DNA from: Auanema rhodensis
Taxonomy: Eukaryota > Animalia > Nematoda
DNA: 64,000 bases
Assembly (NCBI GenBank): GCA_964057225.1
Contig: CAXKVF010000078.1
Location: 310,001 to 374,000 of the forward strand
Direction of reading: 5' to 3'
Position 1 is the first letter of the stretch, and each line of letters opens with the position of its first letter. The notes under the pieces were generated by a model that saw only the letters and a program-made list of their open reading frames with translations, made no database searches and was not told the DNA's origin. This document shows, in pieces, positions 27,801 to 44,000 of the stretch. Made by a program: the position numbers and the translations under genes.

Positions 27801-30800
27801 TCAAAGTCATGGTTACCATGAACCAATATCAATAAAAATTTGTTTTTAGACTAATATGGACATGGGGAATCTAATTTTGAAAACCGCATCTCTTCATCTT
27901 TCACGTGAAGCGAGTTACATACCAAGTGCACATCACGTGTACATTTAATTAGCATAAATTAAAGTTCACGTAAATTTCAAAGTCATGGTTACCATGCACC
28001 AATATCAATAAAAATTTGTTTTTAGACTAATATGGACATGGGGAATCTAATTTTGAAAACCGCATCTCTTTATCTTTCACGTGAAGCGAGTTACATACCA
28101 AGTGCACATCACGTGTACATTTAATTAGCATAAATTAAAGTTCACGTAAATTTCAAAGTCATGGTTACCATGAACCAATATCAATAAAAATTTGTTTTTA
28201 GACTAATATGGACATGGGGAATCTAATTTTGAAAACCGCATCTCTTTATCTTTCACGTGAAGCGAGTTACATACCAAGTGCACATCACGTGTACATTTAA
28301 TTAGCATAAATTAAAGTTCACGTAAATTTCAAAGTCATGGTTACCATGAAGCAATATCAATAAAAATTTGTTTTTAGACTAATATGGACATGGGGAATCT
28401 AATTTTGAAAACCGCATCTCTTTATCTTTCACGTGAAGCGAGTTACATACCAAGTGCACATCACGTGTACATTTAATTAGCATAAATTAAAGTTCACGTA
28501 AATTTCAAAGTCATGGTTACCATGAACCAATATCAATAAAAATTTGTTTTTAGACTAATATGGACATGGGGAATCTAATTTTGAAAACCGCATCTCTTTA
28601 TCTTTCACGTGAAGCGAGTTACATACCAAGTGCACATCACGTGTACATTTAATTAGCATAAATTAAAGTTCACGTAAAATTCAAAGTCATGGTTACCATG
28701 CACCAATATCAATAAAAATTTGTTTTTAGACTAATATGGACATGGGGAATCTAATTTTGAAAACCGCATCTCTTTATCTTTCACGTGAAGCGAGTTACAT
28801 ACCAAGTGCACATCACGTGTACATTTAATTAGCATAAATTAAAGTTCACGTAAATTTCAAAGTCATGGTTACCATGCACCAATATCAATAAAAATTTGTT
28901 TTTAGACTAATATGGACATGGGGAATCTAATTTTGAAAACCGCATCTCTTTATCTTTCACGTGAAGCGAGTTACATACCAAGTGCACATCACGTGTACAT
29001 TTAATTAGCATAAATTAAAGTTCACGTAAATTTCAAAGTCATGGTTACCATGCACCAATATCAATAAAAATTTGTTTTTAGACTAATATGGACATGGGGA
29101 ATCTAATTTTGAAAACCGCATCTCTTTATCTTTCACGTGAAGCGAGTTACATACCAAGTGCACATCACGTGTACATTTAATTAGCATAAATTAAAGTTCA
29201 CGTAAATTTCAAAGTCATGGTTACCATGCACCAATATCAATAAAAATTTGTTTTTAGACTAATATGGACATGGGGAATCTAATTTTGAAAACCGCATCTC
29301 TTTATCTTTCACGTGAAGCGAGTTACATACCAAGTGCACATCACATGTACATTTAATTAGCATAAATTAAAGTTCACGTAAATTTCAAAGTCATGGTTAC
29401 CATGCACCAATATCAATAAAAATTTGTTTTTAGACTAATATGGACATGGGGAATCTAATTTTGAAAACCGCATCTCTTTATCTTTCACGTGAAGCGAGTT
29501 ACATACCAAGTGCACATCACGTGTACATTTAATTAGCATAAATTAAAGTTCACGTAAAATTCAAAGTCATGGTTACCATGCACCAATATCAATAAAAATT
29601 TGTTTTTAGACTAATATGGACAAGGGGAATCTAATTTTGAAAACCGCATCTCTTTATCTTTCATGTGAAGCGAGTTACATACCAAGTGCACATCACGTGT
29701 ACATTTAATTAGCATAAATTAAAGTTCACGTAAATTTCAAAGTCATGGTTACCATGCACCAATATCAATAAAAATTTGTTTTTAGACTAATATGGACATG
29801 GGGAATCTAATTTTGAAAACCGCATCTCTTTATCTTTCACGTGAAGCGAGTTACATACCAAGTGCACATCACGTGTACATTTAATTAGCATAAATTAAAG
29901 TTCACGTAAATTTCAAAGTCATGGTTACCATGCACCAATATCAATAAAAATTTGTTTTTAGACTAATATTGACATGGGGAATCTAATTTTGAAAACCGCA
30001 TCTCTTTATCTTTCACGTGAAGCGAGTTACATACCAAGTGCACATCACGTGTACATTTAATTAGCATAAATTAAAGTTCACGTAAATTTCAAAGTCATGG
30101 TTACCATGCACCAATATCAATAAAAATTTGTTTTTAGACTAATATGGACATGGGGAATCTAATTTTGAAAACCGCATCTCTTTATCTTTCACGTGAAGCG
30201 AGTTACATACCAAGTGCACATCACGCGTACATTTAATTAGCATAAATTAAAGTTCACGTAAATTTCAAAGTCATGGTTACCATGCACCAATATCAATAAA
30301 AATTTGTTTTTAGACTAATATTGACATGGGGAATCTAATTTTGAAAACCGCATCTCTTTATCTTTCACGTGAAGCGAGTTACATACCAAGTGCACATCAC
30401 GTGTACATTTAATTAGCATAAATTAAAGTTCACGTAAATTTCAAAGTCATGGTTACCATGCACCAATATCAATAAAAATTTGTTTTTAGACTAATATGGA
30501 CATGGGGAATCTAATTTTGAAAACCGCATCTCTTTATCTTTCACGTGAAGCGAGTTACATACCAAGTGCACATCACGTGTACATTTAATTAGCATAAATT
30601 AAAGTTCACGTAAAATTCAAAGTCATGGTTACCATGCACCAATATCAATAAAAATTTGTTTTTAGACTAATATGGACATGGGGAATCTAATTTTGAAAAC
30701 CGCATCTCTTTATCTTTCACGTGAAGCGAGTTACATACCAAGTGCACATCACGTGTACATTTAATTAGCATAAATTAAAGTTCACGTAAATTTCAAAGTC

Positions 30801-32208
30801 ATGGTTACCATGCACCAATATCAATAAAAATTTGTTTTTAGACTAATATGGACATGGGGAATCTAATTTTGAAAACCGCATCTCTTTATCTCTCACGTGA
30901 AGCGAGTTACATACCAAGTGCACATCACGTGTACATTTAATTAGCATAAATTAAAGTTCACGTAAATTTCAAAGTCATGGTTACCATGCACCAATATCAA
31001 TAAAAATTTGTTTTTAGACTAATATGGACATGGGGAATCTAATTTTGAAAACCGCATCTCTTTATCTTTCACGTGAAGCGAGTTACATACCAAGTGCACA
31101 TCACGTGTACATTTAATTAGCATAAATTAAAGTTCACGTAAATTTCAAAGTCATGGTTACCATGAACCAATATCAATAAAAATTTGTTTTTAGACTAATA
31201 TGGACATGGGGAATCTAATTTTGAAAACCGCATCTCTTTATCTTTCACGTGAAGCGAGTTACATACCAAGTGCACATCACGTGTACATTTAATTAGCATA
31301 AATTAAAGTTCACGTAAATTTCAAAGTCATGGTTACCATGCACCAATATCAATAAAAATTTGTTTTTAGACTAATATGGACATGGGGAATCTAATTTTGA
31401 AAACCGCATCTCTTTATCTTTCACGTGAAGCGAGTTACATACCAAGTGCACATCACGTGTACATTTAATTAGCATAAATTAAAGTTCACGTAAATTTCAA
31501 AGTCATGGTTACCATGAACCAATATCAATAAAAATTTGTTTTTAGACTAATATGGACATGGGGAATCTAATTTTGAAAACCGCATCTCTTTATCTTTCAC
31601 GTGAAGCGAGTTACATACCAAGTGCACATCACGTGTACATTTAATTAGCATAAATTAAAGTTCACGTAAATTTCAAAGTCATGGTTACCATGAAGCAATA
31701 TCAATAAAAATTTGTTTTTAGACTAATATGGACATGGGGAATCTAATTTTGAAAACCGCATCTCTTTATCTTTCACGTGAAGCGAGTTACATACCAAGTG
31801 CACATCACGTGTACATTTAATTAGCATAAATTAAAGTTCACGTAAATTTCAAAGTCATGGTTACCATGAACCAATATCAATAAAAATTTGTTTTTAGACT
31901 AATATGGACATGGGGAATCTAATTTTGAAAACCGCATCTCTTTATCTTTCACGTGAAGCGAGTTACATACCAAGTGCACATCACGTGTACATTTAATTAG
32001 CATAAATTAAAGTTCACGTAAAATTCAAAGTCATGGTTACCATGCACCAATATCAATAAAAATTTGTTTTTAGACTAATATGGACATGGGGAATCTAATT
32101 TTGAAAACCGCATCTCTTTATCTTTCACGTGAAGCGAGTTACATACCAAGTGCACATCACGTGTACATTTAATTAGCATAAATTAAAGTTCACGTAAATT
32201 TCAAAGTC

Positions 32209-35200
32209 ATGGTTACCATGCACCAATATCAATAAAAATTTGTTTTTAGACTAATATGGACATGGGGAATCTAATTTTGAAAACCGCATCTCTTTATCTT
32301 TCACGTGAAGCGAGTTACATACCAAGTGCACATCACGTGTACATTTAATTAACATAAATTAAAGTTCACGTAAATTTCAAAGTCGTGGTTACCATGCACC
32401 AATATCAATAAAAATTCGTTTTTAGACTAATATGGACATGGGGAATCTAACTTTGAAAACCGCATCTCTTTATCTTTCACGTGAAGCGAGTTACATACCA
32501 AGTGCACATCACGTGTACATTTAATTAGCATAAATTAAAGTTCACGTAAATTTCAAAGTCATGGTTACCATGCACCAATATCAATAAAAATTTGTTTTTA
32601 GACTAATATGGACATGGGGAATCTAATTTTGAAAACCGCATCTCTTTATCTTTCACGTGAATCGAGTTACATACCAAGTGCACATCACGTGTACATTTAA
32701 TTAGCATAAATTAAAGTTCACGTAAATTTCAAAGTCATGGTTACCATGAAGCAATATCAATAAAAATTTGTTTTTAGACTAATATGGACATGGGGAATCT
32801 AATTTTGAAAACCGCATCTCTTTATCTTTCACGTGAAGCGAGTTACATACCAAGTGCACATCACGTGTACATTTAATTAGCATAAATTAAAGTTCACGTA
32901 AATTTCAAAGTCATGGTTACCATGAACCAATATCAATAAAAATTTGTTTTTAGACTAATATGGACATGGGGAATCTAATTTTGAAAACCGCATCTCTTTA
33001 TCTTTCACGTGAAGCGAGTTACATACCAAGTGCACATCACGTGTACATTTAATTAGCATAAATTAAAGTTCACGTAAATTTCAAAGTCATGGTTACCATG
33101 CACCAATATCAATAAAAATTTGTTTTTAGACTAATATGGACATGGGGAATCTAATTTTGAAAACCGCATCTCTTTATCTTTCACGTGAAGCGAGTTACAT
33201 ACCAAGTGCACATCACGTGTACATTTAATTAGCATAAATTAAAGTTCACGTAAATTTCAAAGTCATGGTTACCATGCACCAATATCAATAAAAATTTGTT
33301 TTTAGACTAATATGGACATGGGGAATCTAATTTTGAAAACCGCATCTCTTTATCTTTCACGTGAAGCGAGTTACATACCAAGTGCACATCACGTGTACAT
33401 TTAATTAACATAAATTAAAGTTCACGTAAATTTCAAAGTCGTGGTTACCATGCACCAATATCAATAAAAATTCGTTTTTAGACTAATATGGACATGGGGA
33501 ATCTAACTTTGAAAACCGCATCTCTTTATCTTTCACGTGAAGCGAGTTACATACCAAGTGCACATCACGTGTACATTTAATTAGCATAAATTAAAGTTCA
33601 CGTAAATTTCAAAGTCATGGTTACCATGCACCAATATCAATAAAAATTTGTTTTTAGACTAATATGGACATGGGGAATCTAATTTTGAAAACCGCATCTC
33701 TTTATCTTTCACGTGAATCGAGTTACATACCAAGTGCACATCACGTGTACATTTAATTAGCATAAATTAAAGTTCACGTAAATTTCAAAGTCATGGTTAC
33801 CATGAACCAATATCAATAAAAATTTGTTTTTAGACTAATATGGACATGGGGAATCTAATTTTGAAAACCGCATCTCTTTATCTTTCACGTGAAGCGAGTT
33901 ACATACCAAGTGCACATCACGTGTACATTTAATTAGCATAAATTAAAGTTCACGTAAATTTCAAAGTCATGGTTACCATGCACCAATATCAATAAAAATT
34001 TGTTTTTAGACTAATATGGACATGAGGAATCTAATTTTGAAAACCGCATCTCTTTATCTTTCACGTGAAGCGAGTTACATACCAAGTGCACATCACGTGT
34101 ACATTTAATTAGCATAAATTAAAGTTCACGTAAATTTCAAAGTCATGGTTACCATGCACCAATATCAATAAAAATTTGTTTTTAGACTAATATGGACATG
34201 AGGAATCTAATTTTGAAAACCGCATCTCTTTATCTTTCACGTGAAGCGAGTTACATACCAAGTGCACATCACGTGTACATTTAATTAGCATAAATTAAAG
34301 TTCACGTAAATTTCAAAGTCATGGTTACCATGAAGCAATATCAATAAAAATTTGTTTTTAGACTAATATGGACATGGGGAATCTAATTTTGAAAACCGCA
34401 TCTCTTTATCTTTCACGTGAAGCGAGTTACATACCAAGTGCACATCACGTGTACATTTAATTAGCATAAATTAAAGTTCACGTAAATTTCAAAGTCATGG
34501 TTACCATGCACCAATATCAATAAAAATTTGTTTTTAGACTAATATGGACATGGGGAATCTAATTTTGAAAACCGCATCTCTTTATCTTTCACGTGAAGCG
34601 AGTTACATACCAAGTGCACATCACGTGTACATTTAATTAGCATAAATTAAAGTTCACGTAAATTTCAAAGTCATGGTTACCATGCACCAATATCAATAAA
34701 AATTTGTTTTTAGACTAATATGGACATGGGGAATCTAATTTTGAAAACCGCATCTCTTTATCTTTCACGTGAAGCGAGTTACATACCAAGTGCACATCAC
34801 GTGTACATTTAATTAGCATAAATTAAAGTTCACGTAAATTTCAAAGTCATGGTTACCATGCACCAATATCAATAAAAATTTGTTTTTAGACTAATATGGA
34901 TATGGGGAATCTAATTTTGAAAACCGCATCTCTTTATCTTTCACGTGAAGCGAGTTACATACCAAGTGCACATCACGTGTACATTTAATTAGCATAAATT
35001 AACGTTCACGTAAATTTCAAAGTCATGGTTACCATGAAGCAATATCAATAAAAATTTGTTTTTAGACTAATATGGACATGGGGAATCTAATTTTGAAAAC
35101 CGCATCTCTTTATCTTTCACGTGAAGCGAGTTACATACCAAGTGCACATCACGTGTACATTTAATTAGCATAAATTAAAGTTCACGTAAATTTCAAAGTC

Positions 35201-38200
35201 ATGGTTACCATGAACCAATATCAATAAAAATTTGTTTTTAGACTAATATGGACATGGGGAATCTAATTTTGAAAACCGCATCTCTTTATCTTTCACGTGA
35301 AGCGAGTTACATACCAAGTGCACATCACGTGTACATTTAGTTAGCATAAATTAAAGTTCACGTAAATTTCAAAGTCATGGTTACCATGAACCAATATCAA
35401 TAAAAATTTGTTTTTAGACTAATATGGACATGGGTAATCTAATTTTGAAAACCGCATCTCTTTATCTTTCACGTGAAGCGAGTTACATACCAAGTGCACA
35501 TCACGTGTACATTTAATTAGCATAAATTAAAGTTCACGTAAATTTCAAAGTCGTGGTTACCATGCACCAATATCAATAAAAATTCGGTTTTAGACTAATA
35601 TGGACATGGGGAATCTAATTTTGAAAACCGCATCTCTTTATCTTTCACGTGAAGCGAGTTACATACCAAGTGCACATCACGTGTACATTTAATTAGCATA
35701 AATTAAAGTTCACGTAAATTTCAAAGTCATGGTTACCATGCACCAATATCAATAAAAATTTGTTTTTAGACTAATATGGACATGGGGAATCTAATTTTGA
35801 AAACCGCATCTCTTTATCTTTCACGTGAAGCGAGTTACATACCAAGTGCACATCACGTGTACATTTAATTAACATAAATTAAAGTTCACGTAAATTTCAA
35901 AGTCGTGGTTACCATGCACCAATATCAATAAAAATTCGTTTTTAGACTAATATGGACATGGGGAATCTAACTTTGAAAACCGCATCTCTTTATCTTTCAC
36001 GTGAAGCGAGTTACATACCAAGTGCACATCACGTGTACATTTAATTAGCATAAATTAAAGTTCACGTAAATTTCAAAGTCATGGTTACCATGCACCAATA
36101 TCAATAAAAATTTGTTTTTAGACTAATATGGACATGGGGAATCTAATTTTGAAAACCGCATCTCTTTATCTTTCACGTGAATCGAGTTACATACCAAGTG
36201 CACATCACGTGTACATTTAATTAGCATAAATTAAAGTTCACGTAAATTTCAAAGTCATGGTTACCATGAACCAATATCAATAAAAATTTGTTTTTAGACT
36301 AATATGGACATGGGGAATCTAATTTTGAAAACCGCATCTCTTTATCTTTCACGTGAAGCGAGTTACATACCAAGTGCACATCACGTGTACATTTAATTAG
36401 CATAAATTAAAGTTCACGTAAATTTCAAAGTCATGGTTACCATGAACCAATATCAATAAAAATTTGTTTTTAGACTAATATGGACATGGGTAATCTAATT
36501 TTGAAAACCGCATCTCTTTATCTTTCACGTGAAGCGAGTTACATACCAAGTGCACATCACGTGTACATTTAATTAGCATAAATTAAAGTTCACGTAAATT
36601 TCAAAGTCGTGGTTACCATGCACCAATATCAATAAAAATTCGGTTTTAGACTAATATGGACATGGGGAATCTAATTTTGAAAACCGCATCTCTTTATCTT
36701 TCACGTGAAGCGAGTTACATACCAAGTGCACATCACGTGTACATTTAATTAGCATAAATTAAAGTTCACGTAAATTTCAAAGTCATGGTTACCATGCACC
36801 AATATCAATAAAAATTTGTTTTTAGACTAATATGGACATGGGGAATCTAATTTTGAAAACCGCATCTCTTTATCTTTCACGTGAAGCGAGTTACATACCA
36901 AGTGCACATCACGTGTACATTTAATTAACATAAATTAAAGTTCACGTAAATTTCAAAGTCGTGGTTACCATGCACCAATATCAATAAAAATTCGTTTTTA
37001 GACTAATATGGACATGGGGAATCTAACTTTGAAAACCGCATCTCTTTATCTTTCACGTGAAGCGAGTTACATACCAAGTGCACATCACGTGTACATTTAA
37101 TTAGCATAAATTAAAGTTCACGTAAATTTCAAAGTCATGGTTACCATGCACCAATATCAATAAAAATTTGTTTTAAGACTAATATGGACATGGGGAATCT
37201 AATTTTGAAAACCGCATCTCTTTATCTTTCACGTGAATCGAGTTACATACCAAGTGCACATCACGTGTACATTTAATTAGCATAAATTAAAGTTCACGTA
37301 AATTTCAAAGTCATGGTTACCATGAAGCAATATCAATAAAAATTTGTTTTTAGACTAATATGGACATGGGGAATCTAATTTTGAAAACCGCATCTCTTTA
37401 TCTTTCACGTGAAGCGAGTTACATACCAAGTGCACATCACGTGTACATTTAATTAGCATAAATTAAAGTTCACGTAAATTTCAAAGTCATGGTTACCATG
37501 AACCAATATCAATAAAAATTTGTTTTTAGACTAATATGGACATGGGGAATCTAATTTTGAAAACCGCATCTCTTTATCTTTCACGTGAAGCGAGTTACAT
37601 ACCAAGTGCACATCACGTGTACATTTAATTAGCATAAATTAAAGTTCACGTAAATTTCAAAGTCATGGTTACCATGCACCAATATCAATAAAAATTTGTT
37701 TTTAGACTAATATGGACATGGGGAATCTAATTTTGAAAACCGCATCTCTTTATCTTTCACGTGAAGCGAGTTACATACCAAGTGCACATCACGTGTACAT
37801 TTAATTAGCATAAATTAAAGTTCACGTAAATTTCAAAGTCATGGTTACCATGCACCAATATCAATAAAAATTTGTTTTTAGACTAATATGGACATGGGGA
37901 ATCTAATTTTGAAAACCGCATCTCTTTATCTTTCACGTGAAGCGAGTTACATACCAAGTGCACATCACGTGTACATTTAATTAACATAAATTAAAGTTCA
38001 CGTAAATTTCAAAGTCGTGGTTACCATGCACCAATATCAATAAAAATTCGTTTTTAGACTAATATGGACATGGGGAATCTAACTTTGAAAACCGCATCTC
38101 TTTATCTTTCACGTGAAGCGAGTTACATACCAAGTGCACATCACGTGTACATTTAATTAGCATAAATTAAAGTTCACGTAAATTTCAAAGTCATGGTTAC

Positions 38201-38368
38201 CATGCACCAATATCAATAAAAATTTGTTTTTAGACTAATATGGACATGGGGAATCTAATTTTGAAAACCGCATCTCTTTATCTTTCACGTGAATCGAGTT
38301 ACATACCAAGTGCACATCACGTGTACATTTAATTAGCATAAATTAAAGTTCACGTAAATTTCAAAGTC
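32209..38368 (+). repeat. Irregular 6-monomer (1056-bp) higher-order repeat marked by a three-monomer variant cassette
   Basis: The cassette G144A | A1G+T33C+T67C | G102T has its middle monomer at 32385, 33441, 35905, 36961 and 38017 (spacings 1056, 2464, 1056, 1056). Confidence 0.85.
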
Positions 38369-41300
38369 ATGGTTACCATGAACCAATATCAATAAAAATT
38401 TGTTTTTAGACTAATATGGACATGGGGAATCTAATTTTGAAAACCGCATCTCTTTATCTTTCACGTGAAGCGAGTTACATACCAAGTGCACATCAAGTGT
38501 ACATTTAATTAGCATAAATTAAAGTTCACGTAAATTTCAAAGTCATGGTTACCATGAAGCAATATCAATAAAAATTTGTTTTTAGACTAATATGGACATG
38601 GGGAATCTAATTTTGAAAACCGCATCTCTTTATCTTTCACGTGAAGCGAGTTACATACCAAGTGCACATCACGTGTACATTTAATTAGCATAAATTAAAG
38701 TTCACGTAAATTTCAAAGTCATGGTTACCATGCACCAATATCAATAAAAATTTGTTTTTAGACTAATATGGACATGGGGAATCTAATTTTGAAAACCGCA
38801 TCTCTTTATCTTTCACGTGAAGCGAGTTACATACCAAGTGCACATCACGTGTACATTTAATTAGCATAAATTAAAGTTCACGTAAATTTCAAAGTCATGG
38901 TTACCATGCACCAATATCAATAAAAATTTGTTTTTAGACTAATATGGACATGGGGAATTTAATTTTGAAAACCGCATCTCTTTATCTTTCACGTGAAGCG
39001 AGTTACATACCAAGTGCACATCACGTGTACATTTAATTAGCATAAATTAAAGTTCACGTAAATTTCAAAGTCATGGTTACCATGAAGCAATATCAATAAA
39101 AATTTGTTTTTAGACTAATATGGACATGGGGAATCTAATTTTGAAAACCGCATCTCTTTATCTTTCACGTGAAGCGAGTTACATACCAAGTGCACATCAC
39201 GTGTACATTTAATTAGCATAAATTAAAGTTCACGTAAATTTCAAAGTCATGGTTACCATGAACCAATATCAATAAAAATTTGTTTTTAGACTAATATGGA
39301 CATGGGGAATCTAATTTTGAAAACCGCATCTCTTTATCTTTCACGTGAAGCGAGTTACATACCAAGTGCACATCACGTGTACATTTAATTAGCATAAATT
39401 AAAGTTCACGTAAATTTCAAAGTCATGGTTACCATGCACCAATATCAATAAAAATTTGTTTTTAGACTAATATGGACATGGGGAATCTAATTTTGAAAAC
39501 CGCATCTCTTTATCTTTCACGTGAAGCGAGTTACATACCAAGTGCACATCACGTGTACATTTAATTAGCATAAATTAAAGTTCACGTAAATTTCAAAGTC
39601 ATGGTTACCATGCACCAATATCAATAAAAATTTGTTTTTAGACTAATATGGACATGGGGAATCTAATTTTGAAAACCGGATCTCTTTATCTTTCACGTGA
39701 AGCGAGTTACATACCAAGTGCACATCACGTGTACATTTAATTAACATAAATTAAAGTTCACGTAAATTTCAAAGTCGTGGTTACCATGCACCAATATCAA
39801 TAAAAATTCGTTTTTAGACTAATATGGACATGGGGAATCTAATTTTGAAAACCGCATCTCTTTATCTTTCACGTGAAGCGAGTTACATACCAAGTGCACA
39901 TCACGTGTACATTTAATTAGCATAAATTAAAGTTCACGTAAATTTCAAAGTCATGGTTACCATGCACCAATATCAATAAAAATTTGTTTTTAGACTAATA
40001 TGGACATGGGGAATCTAATTTTGAAAACCGCATCTCTTTATCTTTCACGTGAAGCGAGTTACATACCAAGTGCACATCACGTGTACATTTAATTAGCATA
40101 AATTAAAGTTCACGTAAATTTCAAAGTCATGGTTACCATGCACCAATATCAATAAAAATTTGTTTTTAGACTAATATGGACATGGGGAATCTAATTTTGA
40201 AAACCGGATCTCTTTATCTTTCACGTGAAGCGAGTTACATACCAAGTGCACATCACGTGTACATTTAATTAACATAAATTAAAGTTCACGTAAATTTCAA
40301 AGTCGTGGTTACCATGCACCAATATCAATAAAAATTCGTTTTTAGACTAATATGGACATGGGGAATCTAACTTTGAAAACCGCATCTCTTTATCTTTCAC
40401 GTGAAGCGAGTTACATACCAAGTGCACATCACGTGTACATTTAATTAGCATAAATTAAAGTTCACGTAAATTTCAAAGTCATGGTTACCATGCACCAATA
40501 TCAATAAAAATTTGTTTTTAGACTAATATGGACATGGGGAATCTAATTTTGAAAACCGCATCTCTTTATCTTTCACGTGAATCGAGTTACATACCAAGTG
40601 CACATCACGTGTACATTTAATTAGCATAAATTAAAGTTCACGTAAATTTCAAAGTCATGGTTACCATGAACCAATATCAATAAAAATTTGTTTTTAGACT
40701 AATATGGACATGAGGAATCTAATTTTGAAAACCGCATCTCTTTATCTTTCACGTGAAGCGAGTTACATACCAAGTGCACATCAAGTGTACATTTAATTAG
40801 CATAAATTAAAGTTCACGTAAATTTCAAAGTCATGGTTACCATGAAGCAATATCAATAAAAATTTGTTTTTAGACTAATATGGACATGGGGAATCTAATT
40901 TTGAAAACCGCATCTCTTTATCTTTCACGTGAAGCGAGTTACATACCAAGTGCACATCACGTGTACATTTAATTAGCATAAATTAAAGTTCACGTAAATT
41001 TCAAAGTCATGGTTACCATGAACCAATATCAATAAAAATTTGTTTTTAGACTAATATGGACATGGGAAATCTAATTTTGAAAACCGCATCTCTTTATCTT
41101 TCACGTGAAGCGAGTTACATACCAAGTGCACATCACGTGTACATTTAATTAGCATAAATTAAAGTTCACGTAAATTTCAAAGTCATGGTTACCATGCACC
41201 AATATCAATAAAAATTTGTTTTTAGACTAATATGGACATGGGGAATCTAATTTTGAAAACCGCATCTCTTTATCTTTCACGTGAAGCGAGTTACATACCA

Positions 41301-41536
41301 AGTGCACATCACGTGTACATTTAATTAGCATAAATTAAAGTTCACGTAAATTTCAAAGTCATGGTTACCATGCACCAATATCAATAAAAATTTGTTTTTA
41401 GACTAATATGGACATGGGGAATCTAATTTTGAAAACCGCATCTCTTTATCTTTCACGTGAAGCGAGTTACATACCAAGTGCACATCACGTGTACATTTAA
41501 TTAGCATAAATTAAAGTTCACGTAAATTTCAAAGTC

Positions 41537-44000
41537 ATGGTTACCATGCACCAATATCAATAAAAATTTGTTTTTAGACTAATATGGACATGGGGAATCT
41601 AATTTTGAAAACCGCATCTCTTTATCTTTCACGTGAAGCGAGTTACATACCAAGTGCACATCACGTGTACATTTAATTAGCATAAATTAAAGTTCACGTA
41701 AATTTCAAAGTCATGGTTACCATGAAGCAATATCAATAAAAATTTGTTTTTAGACTAATATGGACATGGGGAATCTAATTTTGAAAACCGCATCTCTTTA
41801 TCTTTCACGTGAAGCGAGTTACATACCAAGTGCACATCACGTGTACATTTAATTAGCATAAATTAAAGTTCACGTAAATTTCAAAGTCATGGTTACCATG
41901 AACCAATATCAATAAAAATTTGTTTTTAGACTAATATGGACATGGGGAATCTAATTTTGAAAACCGCATCTCTTTATCTTTCACGTGAAGCGAGTTACAT
42001 ACCAAGTGCACATCACGTGTACATTTAATTAGCATAAATTAAAGTTCACGTAAATTTCAAAGTCATGGTTACCATGAACCAATATCAATAAAAATTTGTT
42101 TTTAGACTAATATGGACATGGGTAATCTAATTTTGAAAACCGCATCTCTTTATCTTTCACGTGAAGCGAGTTACATACCAAGTGCACATCACGTGTACAT
42201 TTAATTAGCATAAATTAAAGTTCACGTAAATTTCAAAGTCATGGTTACCATGAACCAATATCAATAAAAATTTGTTTTTGGACTAATATGGACATGGGGA
42301 ATCTAATTTTGAAAACCGCATCTCTTTATCTTTCACGTGAAGCGAGTTACATACCAAGTGCACATCACGTGTACATTTAATTAGCATAAATTAAAGTTCA
42401 CGTAAATTTCAAAGTCATGGTTACCATGCACCAATATCAATAAAAATTTGTTTTTAGACTAATATGGACATGGGGAATCTAATTTTGAAAACCGCATCTC
42501 TTTATCTTTCACGTGAAGCGAGTTACATACCAAGTGCACATCACGTGTACATTTAATTAGCATAAATTAAAGTTCACGTAAATTTCAAAGTCATGGTTAC
42601 CATGAAGCAATATCAATAAAAATTTGTTTTTAGACTAATATGGACATGGGGAATCTAATTTTGAAAACCGCATCTCTTTATCTTTCACGTGAAGCGAGTT
42701 ACATACCAAGTGCACATCACGTGTACATTTAATTAGCATAAATTAAAGTTCACGTAAATTTCAAAGTCATGGTTACCATGAACCAATATCAATAAAAATT
42801 TGTTTTTAGACTAATATGGACATGGGGAATCTAATTTTGAAAACCGCATCTCTTTATCTTTCACGTGAAGCGAGTTACATACCAAGTGCACATCACGTGT
42901 ACATTTAATTAGCATAAATTAAAGTTCACGTAAATTTCAAAGTCATGGTTACCATGAACCAATATCAATAAAAATTTGTTTTTAGACTAATATGGACATG
43001 GGTAATCTAATTTTGAAAACCGCATCTCTTTATCTTTCACGTGAAGCGAGTTACATACCAAGTGCACATCACGTGTACATTTAATTAGCATAAATTAAAG
43101 TTCACGTAAATTTCAAAGTCATGGTTACCATGAACCAATATCAATAAAAATTTGTTTTTGGACTAATATGGACATGGGGAATCTAATTTTGAAAACCGCA
43201 TCTCTTTATCTTTCACGTGAAGCGAGTTACATACCAAGTGCACATCACGTGTACATTTAATTAGCATAAATTAAAGTTCACGTAAATTTCAAAGTCATGG
43301 TTACCATGCACCAATATCAATAAAAATTTGTTTTTAGACTAATATGGACATGGGGAATCTAATTTTGAAAACCGCATCTCTTTATCTTTCACGTGAAGCG
43401 AGTTACATACCAAGTGCACATCACGTGTACATTTAATTAGCATAAATTAAAGTTCACGTAAATTTCAAAGTCATGGTTACCATGAAGCAATATCAATAAA
43501 AATTTGTTTTTAGACTAATATGGACATGGGGAATCTAATTTTGAAAACCGCATCTCTTTATCTTTCACGTGAAGCGAGTTACATACCAAGTGCACATCAC
43601 GTGTACATTTAATTAGCATAAATTAAAGTTCACGTAAATTTCAAAGTCATGGTTACCATGAACCAATATCAATAAAAATTTGTTTTTAGACTAATATGGA
43701 CATGGGGAATCTAATTTTGAAAACCGCATCTCTTTATCTTTCACGTGAAGCGAGTTACATACCAAGTGCACATCACGTGTACATTTAATTAGCATAAATT
43801 AAAGTTCACGTAAATTTCAAAGTCATGGTTACCATGAACCAATATCAATAAAAATTTGTTTTTAGACTAATATGGACATGGGTAATCTAATTTTGAAAAC
43901 CGCATCTCTTTATCTTTCACGTGAAGCGAGTTACATACCAAGTGCACATCACGTGTACATTTAATTAGCATAAATTAAAGTTCACGTAAATTTCAAAGTC
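41537..44000 (+). repeat. 5-monomer (880-bp) higher-order repeat, about 2.8 copies
   Basis: The order CACC, AAGC, AACC, AACC+G59T, AACC+A40G repeats from 41537, 42417 and 43297 (the last copy is truncated). Confidence 0.88.
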
